A stretch of 64,000 bases of DNA from Bacteroidia bacterium (lineage in GTDB: Bacteria; Bacteroidota; Bacteroidia; Flavobacteriales_E; Vicingaceae). Of this stretch, positions 1 to 10,539 are shown piece after piece. The notes beneath the pieces were generated by a model. The model made no database searches. It saw only the letters and a program-made list of their open reading frames with translations, and was not told the origin of the DNA. Position numbers and translations under genes: made by a program. The stretch covers positions 76,260 to 140,259 of the forward strand of contig JAUIMG010000004.1 of the NCBI GenBank assembly GCA_030433355.1, read 5' to 3'. The first letter of the stretch is position 1; every line of letters starts with the position of its first letter.

Positions 1-503
1 TTTCTTTCTCTCTCTTCTTCAATCTCCTTTTGAATATTCCTAGCAGGTATTTCTTCTCCTTCTAGGCCCAAATCCTCTCTTCCTCTATCAAGAGCTGCAA
101 GTTGATCTGCATTTTTAAAACTCAACTTGGCCTTATCCATATATCCTAACTGTTCTTCTAATAAGCCCAAATTGTTGTGTGCAATTGCATCTTCTGGATC
201 TAATTGTATGGCAATTTTATAGTCTTCTATAGCTTCTATAGTTCTTCCAAAGCTCCCTTTGATATAAGCTCTGCTCGAATATCTATAGCTTTTCTTAGGT
301 TCAATCTCTACTGCTTTATCCATATCTGCTAAAGCCATTTTTTTATTTTTTAAGTGAAAGTAAACTACTCCTCTTTCACTTATGTATTCTGCATTATTTG
401 GAAACTCCTTGATTAAATCATTCAATAATTTAAGTGCTGAATCAAATTCTCCTTTTTTTAAGCCTTCAATTGCTTTTTTGTACTTTTCCTCTTGTATACT
501 CAT
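1..503 (-). CDS. TPR-repeat protein, C-terminus runs off the window
   Basis: My own reverse-strand translation from the ATG at 503 gives MSIQEEKYKKAIEGLKKGEFDSALKLLNDLIKEFPNNAEYISERGVVYFHLKNKKMALADMDKAVEIEPKKSYRYSSRAYIKG..., which has TPR-like periodicity. It is absent from the ORF track because no stop codon lies in the window. Confidence 0.6.
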   Translation of the reverse strand, partial: MSIQEEKYKKAIEGLKKGEFDSALKLLNDLIKEFPNNAEYISERGVVYFHLKNKKMALADMDKAVEIEPKKSYRYSSRAYIKGSFGRTIEAIEDYKIAIQLDPEDAIAHNNLGLLEEQLGYMDKAKLSFKNADQLAALDRGREDLGLEGEEIPARNIQKEIEEERER

Positions 504-516
504 GAACTTTTTTTCT

Positions 517-1203
517 ATGTCAACAGCTAATTCTTCCGATTCAAAATTAAAAAAGAAAGCCTTAGTATTTGGTGCAACCGGTTTAGTAGGGAAACAACTA
601 ATACAACAATTAGTTGCCATAGAGGAAATAGAGCGTATACATATTGTAAATAGGCGAGAACAGCTTTATTCTTCTAATAAAATAAAACAGTATGTTATTG
701 ACTACTCTTCTTTAGAGGAAAAGAATGAAATTTTTAAAGTAGACCAAGTATATATCTGCTTGGGAACTACGATTAAGAAAGCAGGAAGTAAAGCAAATTT
801 TGAAGAAGTAGATCTTATCTTAGCTGTTCGGATAGCTAAAATGGCTGCAAATAACTCTGTTGAGAAATTAATAATGATTTCTTCTATGGGTGCCGAAGAA
901 AAATCTTCAAACTTCTATTTGAGTACAAAAGGTAAAGCAGAAAATCAAATTAAGCGTTTAGAAATACCACAAACCTATTTTGTAAGACCTTCCTTATTAC
1001 TTGGAGATAGGAAAGAAAAAAGAGTAGGGGAAAGCATTGCTAAAATAGTAATGTCAAGTCTTTCCTTCTTATTTATTGGACCCTTTAAGAATTACAAGGC
1101 GATAAAAGATACTACAGTTGCAAAGGCAATGATCCATATTATGTTTTCCGAATTGGATTCTAGAGCTTTCGAGAATAAGGAGCTATTTAATTTAGCCGAA
1201 TAA
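517..1203 (+). CDS. NAD(P)-binding Rossmann-fold oxidoreductase (NAD(P)H-binding family)
   Basis: Carries the glycine-rich motif ALVFGATGLVGKQL. The track ORF starts at 382, but its first 45 aa overlap the divergent TPR gene and look non-coding, so I chose the ATG at 517 (MSTANSS...). Confidence 0.65.
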   Translation: MSTANSSDSKLKKKALVFGATGLVGKQLIQQLVAIEEIERIHIVNRREQLYSSNKIKQYVIDYSSLEEKNEIFKVDQVYICLGTTIKKAGSKANFEEVDLILAVRIAKMAANNSVEKLIMISSMGAEEKSSNFYLSTKGKAENQIKRLEIPQTYFVRPSLLLGDRKEKRVGESIAKIVMSSLSFLFIGPFKNYKAIKDTTVAKAMIHIMFSELDSRAFENKELFNLAE

Positions 1204-2322
1204 CTATCTCCTGCCTCTTGGAGGGCCTTCCATAGATGGAGAAAGGTTCCATAATTTTATTTCATCGCTTTCATCAACTCCTGAGATTAATTCAATATTA
1301 ATACCATCTGATAGACCTGTTTCAACATATCTTTTTTCAAAAGTTTGCTCTGCCGTTTCCACTTCAACGTAAGCAGAGTCTCCCTCAAATTGCAATAGAG
1401 CTTCTGATATTGCTAATACAGAATCTCTCCTATCTAAAACGATATCAGCATTAGCGCTATATCCAGCTCTGATAAATTGATTCTCCTTTAATTTTACAGC
1501 TGCTTTTATTTCAAATTGGATAGCTCCGTCTTCTTCAATTCCTTTCGGAGAGATGTATTCTAGAACTGCATCAAAAGTTTCATTTTCAATTGCTCCAATT
1601 TTTAGAATCAAAGCCATTCCGGTTTTAATTTTCCCTACTTCAGATTCATCTACCTTTCCTTCAAAAACTAAATCTGTCATATCAGCTACAGAAGCTACAG
1701 TAGTTCCATCATTCATCGTATTCGCTTCAATTACAGAGTTTCCTTCTTCAACTGGTACATCTAGCACCATCCCTTCTATAGTAGAACGGATTAAACGGTT
1801 GGTAGACGCTTTGTTAGAAGATGTTTCACCTTTTTTAACTAACTCTAAATTGTCAAATGCTGCTTTATACTCTTCCTTGGCAGTTTTATGGGCTATGTCA
1901 AATGCCTGGTATTCTGCTTGAGAAATTACCTTGTCATCAAACAAGCTTTGATTTCTATCTAAATCAAGTTTTGCATTGTCTAAACTAATTTTTGCCTGAC
2001 GCAATCTATTTTCTGCATTGTTTAAAGAAACCATATTGGGAATAATTTTCACCAAAGCAATCTTGTCATTCTTGCTAACCATATCACCCGCTTCTACGTA
2101 AATTTCATCAATAATACCGGATACCTGTGGTTTGATTTCTATCTCCTTTCTTGGTACAATAGAGCCTGTTGCTACTGTCTTATTTATAATATCTGTTGTG
2201 ATGATACTACTTGTTTTAAAAACCACTGGTTTCTCTTCCGATTTGGAATAAAGGAAATATATGGTCCAAACAAAAACACCTAATAAGGCTATTCCAAGAA
2301 ATACTTTAAAAAACTTTTTCAT
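1204..2322 (-). CDS. Efflux transporter periplasmic adaptor subunit (HlyD/MacA family)
   Basis: Has an N-terminal membrane anchor, a lipoyl-like/coiled-coil/beta-barrel layout (VEAGDMVSKNDKIALV), and sits in an operon with MacB-type permeases and an ATPase. Confidence 0.85.
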   Translation of the reverse strand: MKKFFKVFLGIALLGVFVWTIYFLYSKSEEKPVVFKTSSIITTDIINKTVATGSIVPRKEIEIKPQVSGIIDEIYVEAGDMVSKNDKIALVKIIPNMVSLNNAENRLRQAKISLDNAKLDLDRNQSLFDDKVISQAEYQAFDIAHKTAKEEYKAAFDNLELVKKGETSSNKASTNRLIRSTIEGMVLDVPVEEGNSVIEANTMNDGTTVASVADMTDLVFEGKVDESEVGKIKTGMALILKIGAIENETFDAVLEYISPKGIEEDGAIQFEIKAAVKLKENQFIRAGYSANADIVLDRRDSVLAISEALLQFEGDSAYVEVETAEQTFEKRYVETGLSDGINIELISGVDESDEIKLWNLSPSMEGPPRGRR

Positions 2323-2330
2323 AGGTCTAA

Positions 2331-3587
2331 TTATTCTGCTCTAAGAGCTTCTATTGGTTTAATTTTTATTGCTTTTCGTGCGGGAATTAAGCCTCCCAAG
2401 GCACCTGAAAATATTAATACACTTAATGCTGTTAATGCTACATTTAGATCAATAGTTGGATTGACAAAAATAGAGTCTCCATTCCCTTCACCTAAAAAAC
2501 TTGATAGAAATTCGGTAAGTGCTACGCCAAATAATAGACCAAAATAACCTGCAAAAGAAGTAAGTGTAATTGCTTCAAGCATTATTTGTGTTACTATTGA
2601 AATAGGTGTTGCACCTATTGCTCTTCTTATTCCAATTTCTTTAGTCCTCTCTTTAACAATAATCAACATGATATTAGAAACGCCAATAATTCCTGCTAAT
2701 AAGGTGCCGATACCTACTACCCAAATTAAAGTAGAAATACCATTAAATAGCCCATTCATCTGCTCATACTTTTCTTGAGCATTGAAAGAGCCAAAAGCTC
2801 GCTCATCGTTAGGTGCAACTTTATGTCTGCGTTTAAGAACATTTAAAATATCTTCTTCAACCTGACTAGCAGATGAGTTAGGTAAGGCAGTTGCAGCAAT
2901 CCATCCTACAATATTCCCATAATTGAATGCCTTTTGAAAAGTAGAGAAGGGAATAAAGAGAGTCTGTCCATCATTTTCGCTCCTATTTCCTGTTTTCTTA
3001 GTCTTCCAAACACCAACTACTTTGAAATAAACGCCATTTATTTTAACATTTTTATTGATAGGGTTTTCCTCTCCAAATAAGACATCTCTCACATTTGTTC
3101 CAATTATTACTACTTTTCTTTTATCTTCAATATCATAATGATTCAAAAACCTTCCTTGCAATATTTCCATAGGGTTAATGGCTTGTACTTCTGGGTAGTC
3201 TCCCATTACGCTAAAAGCTGCGGACTTATTGTTGTATGTGACGTTGTTTCCTCCACCATATCCCCTCAATTGGTTTCTTGGTACTAAATGTTCCAAACCA
3301 TTGACTTCCTGTCTAATAACATCCATGTCTTCATTCTTCATATTGAAGTATCTTCCTTTTGGCAGACCTGCATAGGGAACGGATGTTCTTTGCGTCCAAA
3401 TAAAAACACTATTGGTTGCAGTGCCACCAAACTTTTTGGTTACCCCATTTTCTAGCCCATTACCTGAACCTAGCATAATAATGAGCATGAAAATACCCCA
3501 GAATACTCCAAATGCAGTAAGGAAAGTTCTTAGCTTGTTCTTTTTAAGAGAACTGTATATTTCTTGCCATCTATCTAAATCAAACAT
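2331..3587 (-). CDS. ABC transporter permease, FtsX/MacB family
   Basis: N-terminal TM helix, a large periplasmic domain, and a C-terminal FtsX-type 3-TM bundle (VKERTKEIGIRRAIGA). Confidence 0.85.
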   Translation of the reverse strand: MFDLDRWQEIYSSLKKNKLRTFLTAFGVFWGIFMLIIMLGSGNGLENGVTKKFGGTATNSVFIWTQRTSVPYAGLPKGRYFNMKNEDMDVIRQEVNGLEHLVPRNQLRGYGGGNNVTYNNKSAAFSVMGDYPEVQAINPMEILQGRFLNHYDIEDKRKVVIIGTNVRDVLFGEENPINKNVKINGVYFKVVGVWKTKKTGNRSENDGQTLFIPFSTFQKAFNYGNIVGWIAATALPNSSASQVEEDILNVLKRRHKVAPNDERAFGSFNAQEKYEQMNGLFNGISTLIWVVGIGTLLAGIIGVSNIMLIIVKERTKEIGIRRAIGATPISIVTQIMLEAITLTSFAGYFGLLFGVALTEFLSSFLGEGNGDSIFVNPTIDLNVALTALSVLIFSGALGGLIPARKAIKIKPIEALRAE

Positions 3588-3588
3588 A

Positions 3589-4824
3589 TCATTCGTCTCT
3601 TAATGCAACAATTGGGCGTATTATAGATGCTTTTCGGGCAGGAATGATACCTGCTAATGCTCCTGCAGAAACTAAGAGGATAGTTGCAGAAATCGCAATT
3701 TGAAAATCTACCTCTGGGTTCTGAAAGAAAGGAGTGTCAGGAGGAATAAAACTCCCTACGAGTTCAATAAGCCCCACACCTAATACCATACCAATATAAC
3801 CAGACACGGAAGTAATCAAAATAGATTCCATGAGTATTAAACCAATAATACTTGACGGGGTAGCTCCCAAGGCTTTTCGAATACCAATTTCTTTGGTTCT
3901 TTCTTTTACAACAATAAGCATGATGTTACTAATGCCAACAATACCTGCAATAATGGTCATGATTCCAATGATCCAAATGAAGACATTGATGCCAGTAAAC
4001 ATGCTTTGTATTTCTTGATACCCCTCTACATTATTCCATATTCTAAGTGCTCTTTCATCTTTGGGGTCAAAGTTGTGCCTTTTAGCGATAAGCGCCCTAA
4101 CCTCTTTTTCAATTTCCTTGCTTTCTTCTACTGTGGCATCTCCTACGGTGAACATCATTCTGCTTATTCTATCCCCACCATTATATACTAACTGGGCGGT
4201 TGTTATAGGCATGTATAAAACTTCTTGTTCATTCTCTCCACCTTCATCTTCAAAGACTCCAATAATTTTAAAAGGAACTCCATTAATTTTTACATATTTT
4301 CCTATGGGGTCTTCTTCTTTAAATAAAACATTCTTCGCCAAAGTGCCTATAGAGGCTACTTTTCTTCTTTCTTTAATATCTTTTTCATTAATAAATCTAC
4401 CTTTAACGGTTAAGGTTTTCTCAATATACTGATGGTCTGGGTGAACCGTTCTAATAGAGAAAGAAGAGTTTTCTCCTTTATAAGAAACTCCTGTTCCACT
4501 GGGTACATTATACCTTCCACTCAACTTTTCTATTTGAGAAATCTCATTCAACAAGCTTTCATAGTCTGCATTATCAAATTCGATAAAACGACCAGGTTTC
4601 ATCCCTTTGAAAGGTATACTTGTTTGTCTTGGCGTTAACCATATACTATTGGTTGCAGTATCTTTAAATTCATCTTGAGCTCCATTTTTTAATCCGGTAC
4701 CTGAACCTAATAAGATAATAAGCATAAATATTCCCCAAGCAACACTAAAGCCAGTAAGCACTGTTCTTAGCTTATTTTTGCTAATGGTGTGAAATATTTC
4801 TTGCCACTTATCTCTATCAAACAT
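3589..4824 (-). CDS. ABC transporter permease, FtsX/MacB family (paralog)
   Basis: Same architecture as its neighbour (VKERTKEIGIRKALGA). Confidence 0.85.
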   Translation of the reverse strand: MFDRDKWQEIFHTISKNKLRTVLTGFSVAWGIFMLIILLGSGTGLKNGAQDEFKDTATNSIWLTPRQTSIPFKGMKPGRFIEFDNADYESLLNEISQIEKLSGRYNVPSGTGVSYKGENSSFSIRTVHPDHQYIEKTLTVKGRFINEKDIKERRKVASIGTLAKNVLFKEEDPIGKYVKINGVPFKIIGVFEDEGGENEQEVLYMPITTAQLVYNGGDRISRMMFTVGDATVEESKEIEKEVRALIAKRHNFDPKDERALRIWNNVEGYQEIQSMFTGINVFIWIIGIMTIIAGIVGISNIMLIVVKERTKEIGIRKALGATPSSIIGLILMESILITSVSGYIGMVLGVGLIELVGSFIPPDTPFFQNPEVDFQIAISATILLVSAGALAGIIPARKASIIRPIVALRDE

Positions 4825-5494
4825 GGCTTTCTTCTTTGATTATTTGACCATCTTTCAATCGAATTAAACGATCTGTTTGCGCAGCGATGTCATTTTCGTG
4901 CGTTACAATAATAACGGTAATCCCTTCTTCATTAATTTTCCTCAATAACTTCATAACCTCTGTAGAAGTAACAGAATCAAGTGCTCCTGTTGGCTCATCG
5001 GCCAATAATACTTTTGGTTGACTAATTAAAGCCCTAGCAATTGCCACTCTTTGTTTTTGCCCCCCTGAAAGCTCATTGGGTAGGTGAGTAGCCCATTCCC
5101 CTAATCCAACTTTTTCTAAATATTCTAAAGCTAATTTATTCCTTTCTTTCCGACTCACTTTTTTGTAGTACAATGGCAATGCTACATTTTCCATCGCATT
5201 TTTAAAGGAGATAAGGTTAAACGACTGAAAAACGAATCCCAGAAATTTATTTCTGTATTGTGCAGCCTTTGTTTCTGATAAGTCTTTTATCAACGTTCCA
5301 TCTAGGGTATAGGTGCCTTCATCATAATTGTCTAACATCCCAAGAATATTCAAAAGAGTAGACTTTCCAGATCCTGAAGAACCCATGATAGAAACCATTT
5401 CTCCTTCTTTAATCTCCATGTCAATTCCTTTGAGCACATGAAGCTTATTCTTACCCATTTGGTAAGACTTATGGATGTTCTTTAAGTTAATCAT
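4817..5494 (-). CDS. ABC transporter ATP-binding protein (MacB/LolD-like)
   Basis: Walker A GSSGSGKST, signature LSGGQKQR, Walker B LLADEPTGALD. Overlaps the permease gene by 8 nt. Confidence 0.9.
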   Translation of the reverse strand: MINLKNIHKSYQMGKNKLHVLKGIDMEIKEGEMVSIMGSSGSGKSTLLNILGMLDNYDEGTYTLDGTLIKDLSETKAAQYRNKFLGFVFQSFNLISFKNAMENVALPLYYKKVSRKERNKLALEYLEKVGLGEWATHLPNELSGGQKQRVAIARALISQPKVLLADEPTGALDSVTSTEVMKLLRKINEEGITVIIVTHENDIAAQTDRLIRLKDGQIIKEESHV

Positions 5495-5571
5495 CTAATA
5501 GTAAATATATTATTAAATCAAATGGGATATATCTATTTTGGATAGATGGTTACATAATTAGATAGGCGCAA

Positions 5572-6684
5572 TTATTTAAGTAGAAATTTTGCGCTAATTG
5601 GATGATGATCGGATAACTTTTCTGAATGGGTGTCAAAATCCTTCACTTCAAAATTATCATCCATAAAGATGTAATCTATTCTAAAAGAAGGAAACTCTCC
5701 GATATATGTTCTACCTAAACCACTACCTGCTTTCATAAAAGCATCTTGAAATTCGCCTTTAATTTGACCATAAGCATAAGAACTTGGCGTATCGTTAAAG
5801 TCTCCGCATAATATGGTAGGAAATGGCGATTGATCTAGACTCTTTCTTATTGAATCTGCTTGTTGTGCTCTTCTTTTAAAACCATATTTAATTTTATTTA
5901 CCATCATCATCTCATCTCCAAAGTCTTCTGAATATTGGTTCTGATTAATTTCTTGCATGGCTTTATAATCGCGTTTATCTAGCTTTATAGATGCCAAATG
6001 GGTATTGTAAACTCTTATTGTTTTATTTTTTATTTCAATATCTGTGTATATGCAGGCATTGTCATCTTTTTCTTTAAAATTAACTAGGCCGCGACCAACT
6101 ATAGGGTATTTACTGAATGTTACCAATCCCCAATGATCGTTTTCTCTCAAGGTAGTAGTGTAATAGGTATGGTAGTTTTTTGATTCTAAAAATTGCACTA
6201 GAGTATCTAGTGTTTTAAAATTGTACTTAGGGTTGGGAATATCGGTATTGTAAAACTCTTGCAAGCATAAAATATGTGCTTGTTCTTCTTCCAGGAATTC
6301 GAATATTTTATTTCTGGTTGTTTTTTCTTTGGTCCACATATAGAGGTCAAATACCCTTACATTAAAAGAAAGCACTTTTACAGTTTCCTCTACATTCTCT
6401 TCATTTCCACTCAATCTTAACTGAGCAAACTTTGGAACGGTTTTGTAAGCCAAGAAAAGGATTATTAAGGAGAGAAAAATTCTGGAACTACCCCTGAAAA
6501 TCCAAAAAATAACAAAAAAGAAATTTAGAATTAGAAAGTAAGGTAGTGCTAATCCAAAAAATGCAACTGGCCAAAAATTAGTAGGGTTTATGAGAGGTGC
6601 TGCATATCCTATTAAGGTAGCAATTGCCAGTAAAACATTTAATCCGAAAACAAACTTTCCTAGAAATTTAAAGCCTTTCAACAC
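5572..6684 (-). CDS. Endonuclease/exonuclease/phosphatase (EEP) family membrane protein
   Basis: N-terminal TM helices followed by an EEP-like domain ending in the typical LSDHHPI motif. Confidence 0.7.
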   Translation of the reverse strand: MLKGFKFLGKFVFGLNVLLAIATLIGYAAPLINPTNFWPVAFFGLALPYFLILNFFFVIFWIFRGSSRIFLSLIILFLAYKTVPKFAQLRLSGNEENVEETVKVLSFNVRVFDLYMWTKEKTTRNKIFEFLEEEQAHILCLQEFYNTDIPNPKYNFKTLDTLVQFLESKNYHTYYTTTLRENDHWGLVTFSKYPIVGRGLVNFKEKDDNACIYTDIEIKNKTIRVYNTHLASIKLDKRDYKAMQEINQNQYSEDFGDEMMMVNKIKYGFKRRAQQADSIRKSLDQSPFPTILCGDFNDTPSSYAYGQIKGEFQDAFMKAGSGLGRTYIGEFPSFRIDYIFMDDNFEVKDFDTHSEKLSDHHPISAKFLLK

Positions 6685-6708
6685 ACTTGAAAAATAAGTA
6701 AGATTTTG

Positions 6709-7920
6709 TTACTTCTTGTCTAATTTTAAAGAATGCCCCATTTTTTCTTTTTTTGTTCTGAGGTATAAATCATTGTGCTTGTTCGATTTTATCTCTAGGC
6801 TTACATTATCTGTAATCTCCAAACCGTAACCAATTAAACCAGTTCTTTTTTTTGGGTTATTACTCATAAGTCTCATCTTAGAAACTCCTAAATCTCCTAG
6901 AATTTGAGCACCTATGCCATAATCTCGGTCATCCATATTAAAGCCAAGCTTTATATTTGCCTCAACAGTATCTAAGCCTTCTTCTTGTAATTTATAAGCT
7001 TTTAGTTTGTTCAATAAACCAATTCCTCTGCCTTCCTGGTTCATGTAAACGATAACTCCTTTACCTTCTTTCTCAATCAACTTCATAGCCTCTTGCAGTT
7101 GAGGACCACAATCGCATCTGCAAGAACCAAAAATATCACCAGTCATGCAAGAAGAGTGTACCCTTACCAAAACAGGCTCCTCTTTATTCCATTCTCCTTT
7201 TACTAAGGCTAAATGTTCTTGACCGTTGGTTGTTTGACTGTAGTGAATTAATCTAAAGTCTCCGTATTCTGTAGGCAATTGAACTTCAACCTCTCTTTTT
7301 ATTAGCGATTCATTAGCCAATCTATAGGCAATTAAATCTTTAATGGTCACAAGCTTTAAATCAAACTTTTTAGCAATTTCTTTTAACTGCGGAAGACGTG
7401 CCATGGTTCCATCTTCATTCATTATTTCAACTATAACTCCTGCAGGCTGCATACCTGCTAATCTAGCAAAATCTATAGCAGCTTCGGTATGCCCGGCTCT
7501 TCTTAAAACTCCTCCTTTTTTTGCTCTAAGAGGGAAAATGTGACCAGGTTTTCCTAATTCTTCTGCTTTAGTATTCGGATCTACTAATGCTTTTATCGTT
7601 TTAGCTCTATCACTTGCTGAAATACCTGTTGTAGTTCCATGTCCAATTAAATCGATGGATACGGTAAAAGGTGTTTCATAAGCAGCTGTATTTTGATTTA
7701 CCATCATATCCAACTTTAGCTCATCACAACGATCTTCTACCAAAGGGGCGCATATTAAGCCTCTTCCATGCGTAGCCATAAAGTTGATTACTTGTGCATT
7801 TACTTTTTCCGCAGCGATTAAAAAATCTCCCTCATTTTCTCTATCTTCATCGTCTACAACAATGATAATTTCTCCATTTTTAATGGCTTCTATTGCTTCT
7901 TCTATGGTATTTAAATCCAT
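6709..7920 (-). CDS. ribBA: Bifunctional 3,4-dihydroxy-2-butanone-4-phosphate synthase / GTP cyclohydrolase II
   Basis: DHBP synthase motif [10 protein letters not shown] and GTP cyclohydrolase II zinc site [10 protein letters not shown]. Start moved to the internal MDLNTIEE; the track ORF extends to 7959. Confidence 0.9.
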   Translation of the reverse strand: MDLNTIEEAIEAIKNGEIIIVVDDEDRENEGDFLIAAEKVNAQVINFMATHGRGLICAPLVEDRCDELKLDMMVNQNTAAYETPFTVSIDLIGHGTTTGISASDRAKTIKALVDPNTKAEELGKPGHIFPLRAKKGGVLRRAGHTEAAIDFARLAGMQPAGVIVEIMNEDGTMARLPQLKEIAKKFDLKLVTIKDLIAYRLANESLIKREVEVQLPTEYGDFRLIHYSQTTNGQEHLALVKGEWNKEEPVLVRVHSSCMTGDIFGSCRCDCGPQLQEAMKLIEKEGKGVIVYMNQEGRGIGLLNKLKAYKLQEEGLDTVEANIKLGFNMDDRDYGIGAQILGDLGVSKMRLMSNNPKKRTGLIGYGLEITDNVSLEIKSNKHNDLYLRTKKEKMGHSLKLDKK

Positions 7921-7993
7921 GCTTATTATTTGAATGTCAAAGTTAGTCAATACGACCAACAGCAGGGCAAAATGTTTTCTAAATCTCTTGTGA

Positions 7994-8746
7994 TTAAATA
8001 AAGGCGATTAAATCATTTTCAATCCAACCGCTATTGCCATTCGGTAAAGATACTTCTGTCCATCCTTCTGCAGAAGACTTTACTTTTACTTTTGTGCCTT
8101 CATGCAATACAAATAATTTAGAACTACCTTCACTTGGAGAGCTATTAATATTTACAGTAGGCTCTATAATAATTGCAAAATCAACACTTTTAAGAATGGC
8201 TTGGTGACGAAAAGCCATAAACCAGAATAGGACAGCTAAAAACAAATTGATAATTCCAAAATAGAAGCCAAGCTTTTTTAAGGAAATGCCATTACTTAAT
8301 AAGTAGGTGGATAAGCCAATTATAAAAAAAATAAAAAGTAAAATGCTGCCATTACTCCATGTTTTCAAAGAAAATAAGTTAAGCAAACTTTTCCACCAAC
8401 GATAAATGAATAGTTCTGGAATTTGATCAATCTTATCGATTGTTTTAGCGTTGGCAATTTCAAGGTTGTGCTTAGCATCCTCCATAGAAGGGTTAATCTT
8501 TATAGCCTTCTCATAATGAAGAATAGCCAATGCTAAGTCGTTATTTTTAAAGTATGCATTTGCTAAATTGTAATGCAAGTCTTCCGATAGGTAATTGCTG
8601 TCGAGAAGAGTAGTATAGATTTGTATGCTTTTGTTGTACTCTCCTTTTTTGTAATTACTTGCAGCAGAGTCTAACATACTTTCACTACTAGCAAATAGTC
8701 CAACATTGATTAAAGAAAGAAATAATATGGGGATAAATCTTCTCAT
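7994..8746 (-). CDS. batE: BatE-like TPR / SH3-type domain protein
   Basis: Signal peptide, TPR repeats, TM helices and a C-terminal SH3-like segment ([15 protein letters not shown]). It is the last gene of the Bat operon. Confidence 0.6.
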   Translation of the reverse strand: MRRFIPILFLSLINVGLFASSESMLDSAASNYKKGEYNKSIQIYTTLLDSNYLSEDLHYNLANAYFKNNDLALAILHYEKAIKINPSMEDAKHNLEIANAKTIDKIDQIPELFIYRWWKSLLNLFSLKTWSNGSILLFIFFIIGLSTYLLSNGISLKKLGFYFGIINLFLAVLFWFMAFRHQAILKSVDFAIIIEPTVNINSSPSEGSSKLFVLHEGTKVKVKSSAEGWTEVSLPNGNSGWIENDLIAFI

Positions 8747-10539
8747 TTTAATACACTTTCAACCTCACTTATAATATCTATCGATTTTTGGTATATACTT
8801 TCAGCAGAATCAGCAGACTGCGGGGCAAATCTTGCCATTTCAGAAGAATGAATTACTTCTTTAAGATTGTTTATGGTATTAGAATCTATCTCTGATTTAG
8901 ATAAAGATTCAACTATTTTATCAATAGAAATCTCCGCTTTACTCAAATTATAGTAGTCTTGAAAGTAATTGTATAATGCATTGGATATTTCCTCAAAGAA
9001 AGCACTTAATTCTCCTTTATCTAAGAGTTTTTTGGCATTTCTAAGTTTTTGTTTGGCTTTGCTATTCGCTTTTGATTTTCTTAATCCAACTTGGTCTTTC
9101 GATTTCTCTTTAATTCTTTTCGAAATTAAATAAATACCTAAAAGAAGAAAGAGCAGGGATAGAACAACTAGGTAATAAGCTAAAGAACCAAAGAACTGAT
9201 GATCTGCTTTAATTAGATTTATGTTCGAAAGGTGGATATACCTTATGTCATTGTCTAAAATTTCAATCTCATTTTTTCTACTTCTCCCACTTAAAACAAC
9301 AGACTCTTCTTCTGCACCTTTTTCCACTTCTATAGATATTGGTTCTGTTTTAATTGTTTTATAGCTTTTTGTCGCTAAGTCGAAGTAAGAAAAACTTAAA
9401 GGGTCAATTTTAAAACTCCCTGAATGTCTTGGTATTACTAAGTAATTGAATTCTTTACTTCCTTTACTTCCGCTAAATGATGTCTTAAAGTTGTTTTTTG
9501 TTTCTGGATCGTAAACTTCAAAGTCGGGAGGGAAATTAATTTTTGGTGCTCCAATTAAGGGAAGGTTTCCATTGCCTTTTAATACAACTTTAAAATCTAT
9601 AGCTTCATTTGACTTTACACTGTTTTTTGAGGCAATTAGTGAAAAATCAAATTGGCCAACAGCACCACTAAAGTCAGCAGGTTTTCCTTGTTTGGGTAAA
9701 GGTTTTATCTCAATAGGTATAGGACTACTTTTAGTGATGACTTCTTTTCTCTCATAAGAACCAAACATAGATTCAAACATGCTTCTTGCTCTTCTGCTTC
9801 TTACTTGTACCGTAATTTTCATAGATAGCGGATCTATTTCGAGCTTGCCCGATCTTTGCGGGTAGAGTACTGTTTGCTGCAATTCTGCTACTTGATAGGT
9901 TTCTCCATCAATATATTCTGTTGATAATTCAATTTGATCGTATACAGATCGTAAATCTTGCGACCAAAAGCCATTCAATGCAGGTAGGCTTTCTAAATTT
10001 ATTCCTGCTAGAGATAATTTGGAGTATAACTTATAGGTAACCGTAATTTTTTCGCCTACATAGGCCGATTTCTTATCTACAAAAGATTTAATAAATACAT
10101 AATCACTTAGTTCTTCTCCTTGTTCTTTTCTTTCATTTTGCCTTTGTTTTTGAGCATTTGAGCCATTAGGGTTTTTGTCAACTACTTCAATAGAAATTGG
10201 ATCTGTTTTCTGAACTTTTCCATTGACATTAATTTCTGCCGGAGGAATGCTATACTTACCTGTTTTAGTAGAAACTAGGATATAACTTATGGTGTAGGAT
10301 TGTGTTCTATTTCCATTAATAATTTGTACGCTACTCGATTGATTTGGCCCTGATAATACACCAAATGTTCCAAAGTCAGGAGGAGTGAAATTTCCACCAC
10401 CAGCATTGATGGTAAAGGTTACTTGAAACCTCTGACCAAGCTCTACTACGCTATGGCTACTTTTGGCTGTAAAATTTACTGCAGCGGAGTAGCTTAGCTG
10501 AGATAAAAGAAAGAAGAATATCATTAAAAGTCTTCTCAT
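8743..10539 (-). CDS. batD: BatD-like oxygen-tolerance protein
   Basis: 598 aa with a signal peptide, a large extracytoplasmic domain and a late TM helix. Its position between BatC and BatE matches the canonical operon order. Confidence 0.7.
   Translation of the reverse strand: MRRLLMIFFFLLSQLSYSAAVNFTAKSSHSVVELGQRFQVTFTINAGGGNFTPPDFGTFGVLSGPNQSSSVQIINGNRTQSYTISYILVSTKTGKYSIPPAEINVNGKVQKTDPISIEVVDKNPNGSNAQKQRQNERKEQGEELSDYVFIKSFVDKKSAYVGEKITVTYKLYSKLSLAGINLESLPALNGFWSQDLRSVYDQIELSTEYIDGETYQVAELQQTVLYPQRSGKLEIDPLSMKITVQVRSRRARSMFESMFGSYERKEVITKSSPIPIEIKPLPKQGKPADFSGAVGQFDFSLIASKNSVKSNEAIDFKVVLKGNGNLPLIGAPKINFPPDFEVYDPETKNNFKTSFSGSKGSKEFNYLVIPRHSGSFKIDPLSFSYFDLATKSYKTIKTEPISIEVEKGAEEESVVLSGRSRKNEIEILDNDIRYIHLSNINLIKADHQFFGSLAYYLVVLSLLFLLLGIYLISKRIKEKSKDQVGLRKSKANSKAKQKLRNAKKLLDKGELSAFFEEISNALYNYFQDYYNLSKAEISIDKIVESLSKSEIDSNTINNLKEVIHSSEMARFAPQSADSAESIYQKSIDIISEVESVLK

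Noticed and set aside
382-516. N-terminal extension of 45 aa on the Rossmann oxidoreductase ORF.
   Set aside because: It overlaps the 5' end of the divergent TPR gene (start at 503) and translates to low-complexity sequence. The ATG at 517 directly precedes the GATG Rossmann motif region.
1553-1921. Plus-strand 122-aa ORF, together with many similar ORFs such as 3412-3603, 3830-4638, 11494-11846, 12702-13079, 22690-23157, 24829-26230, 27075-30445, 33943-34581, 40370-40693, 41304-41954, 43179-44473 and 56944-57462.
   Set aside because: All lie antisense to or out of frame within long ORFs that have clear family motifs. Their translations are low-complexity (Ser/Leu/Phe/Ile-rich), typical of shadow ORFs in AT-rich DNA.
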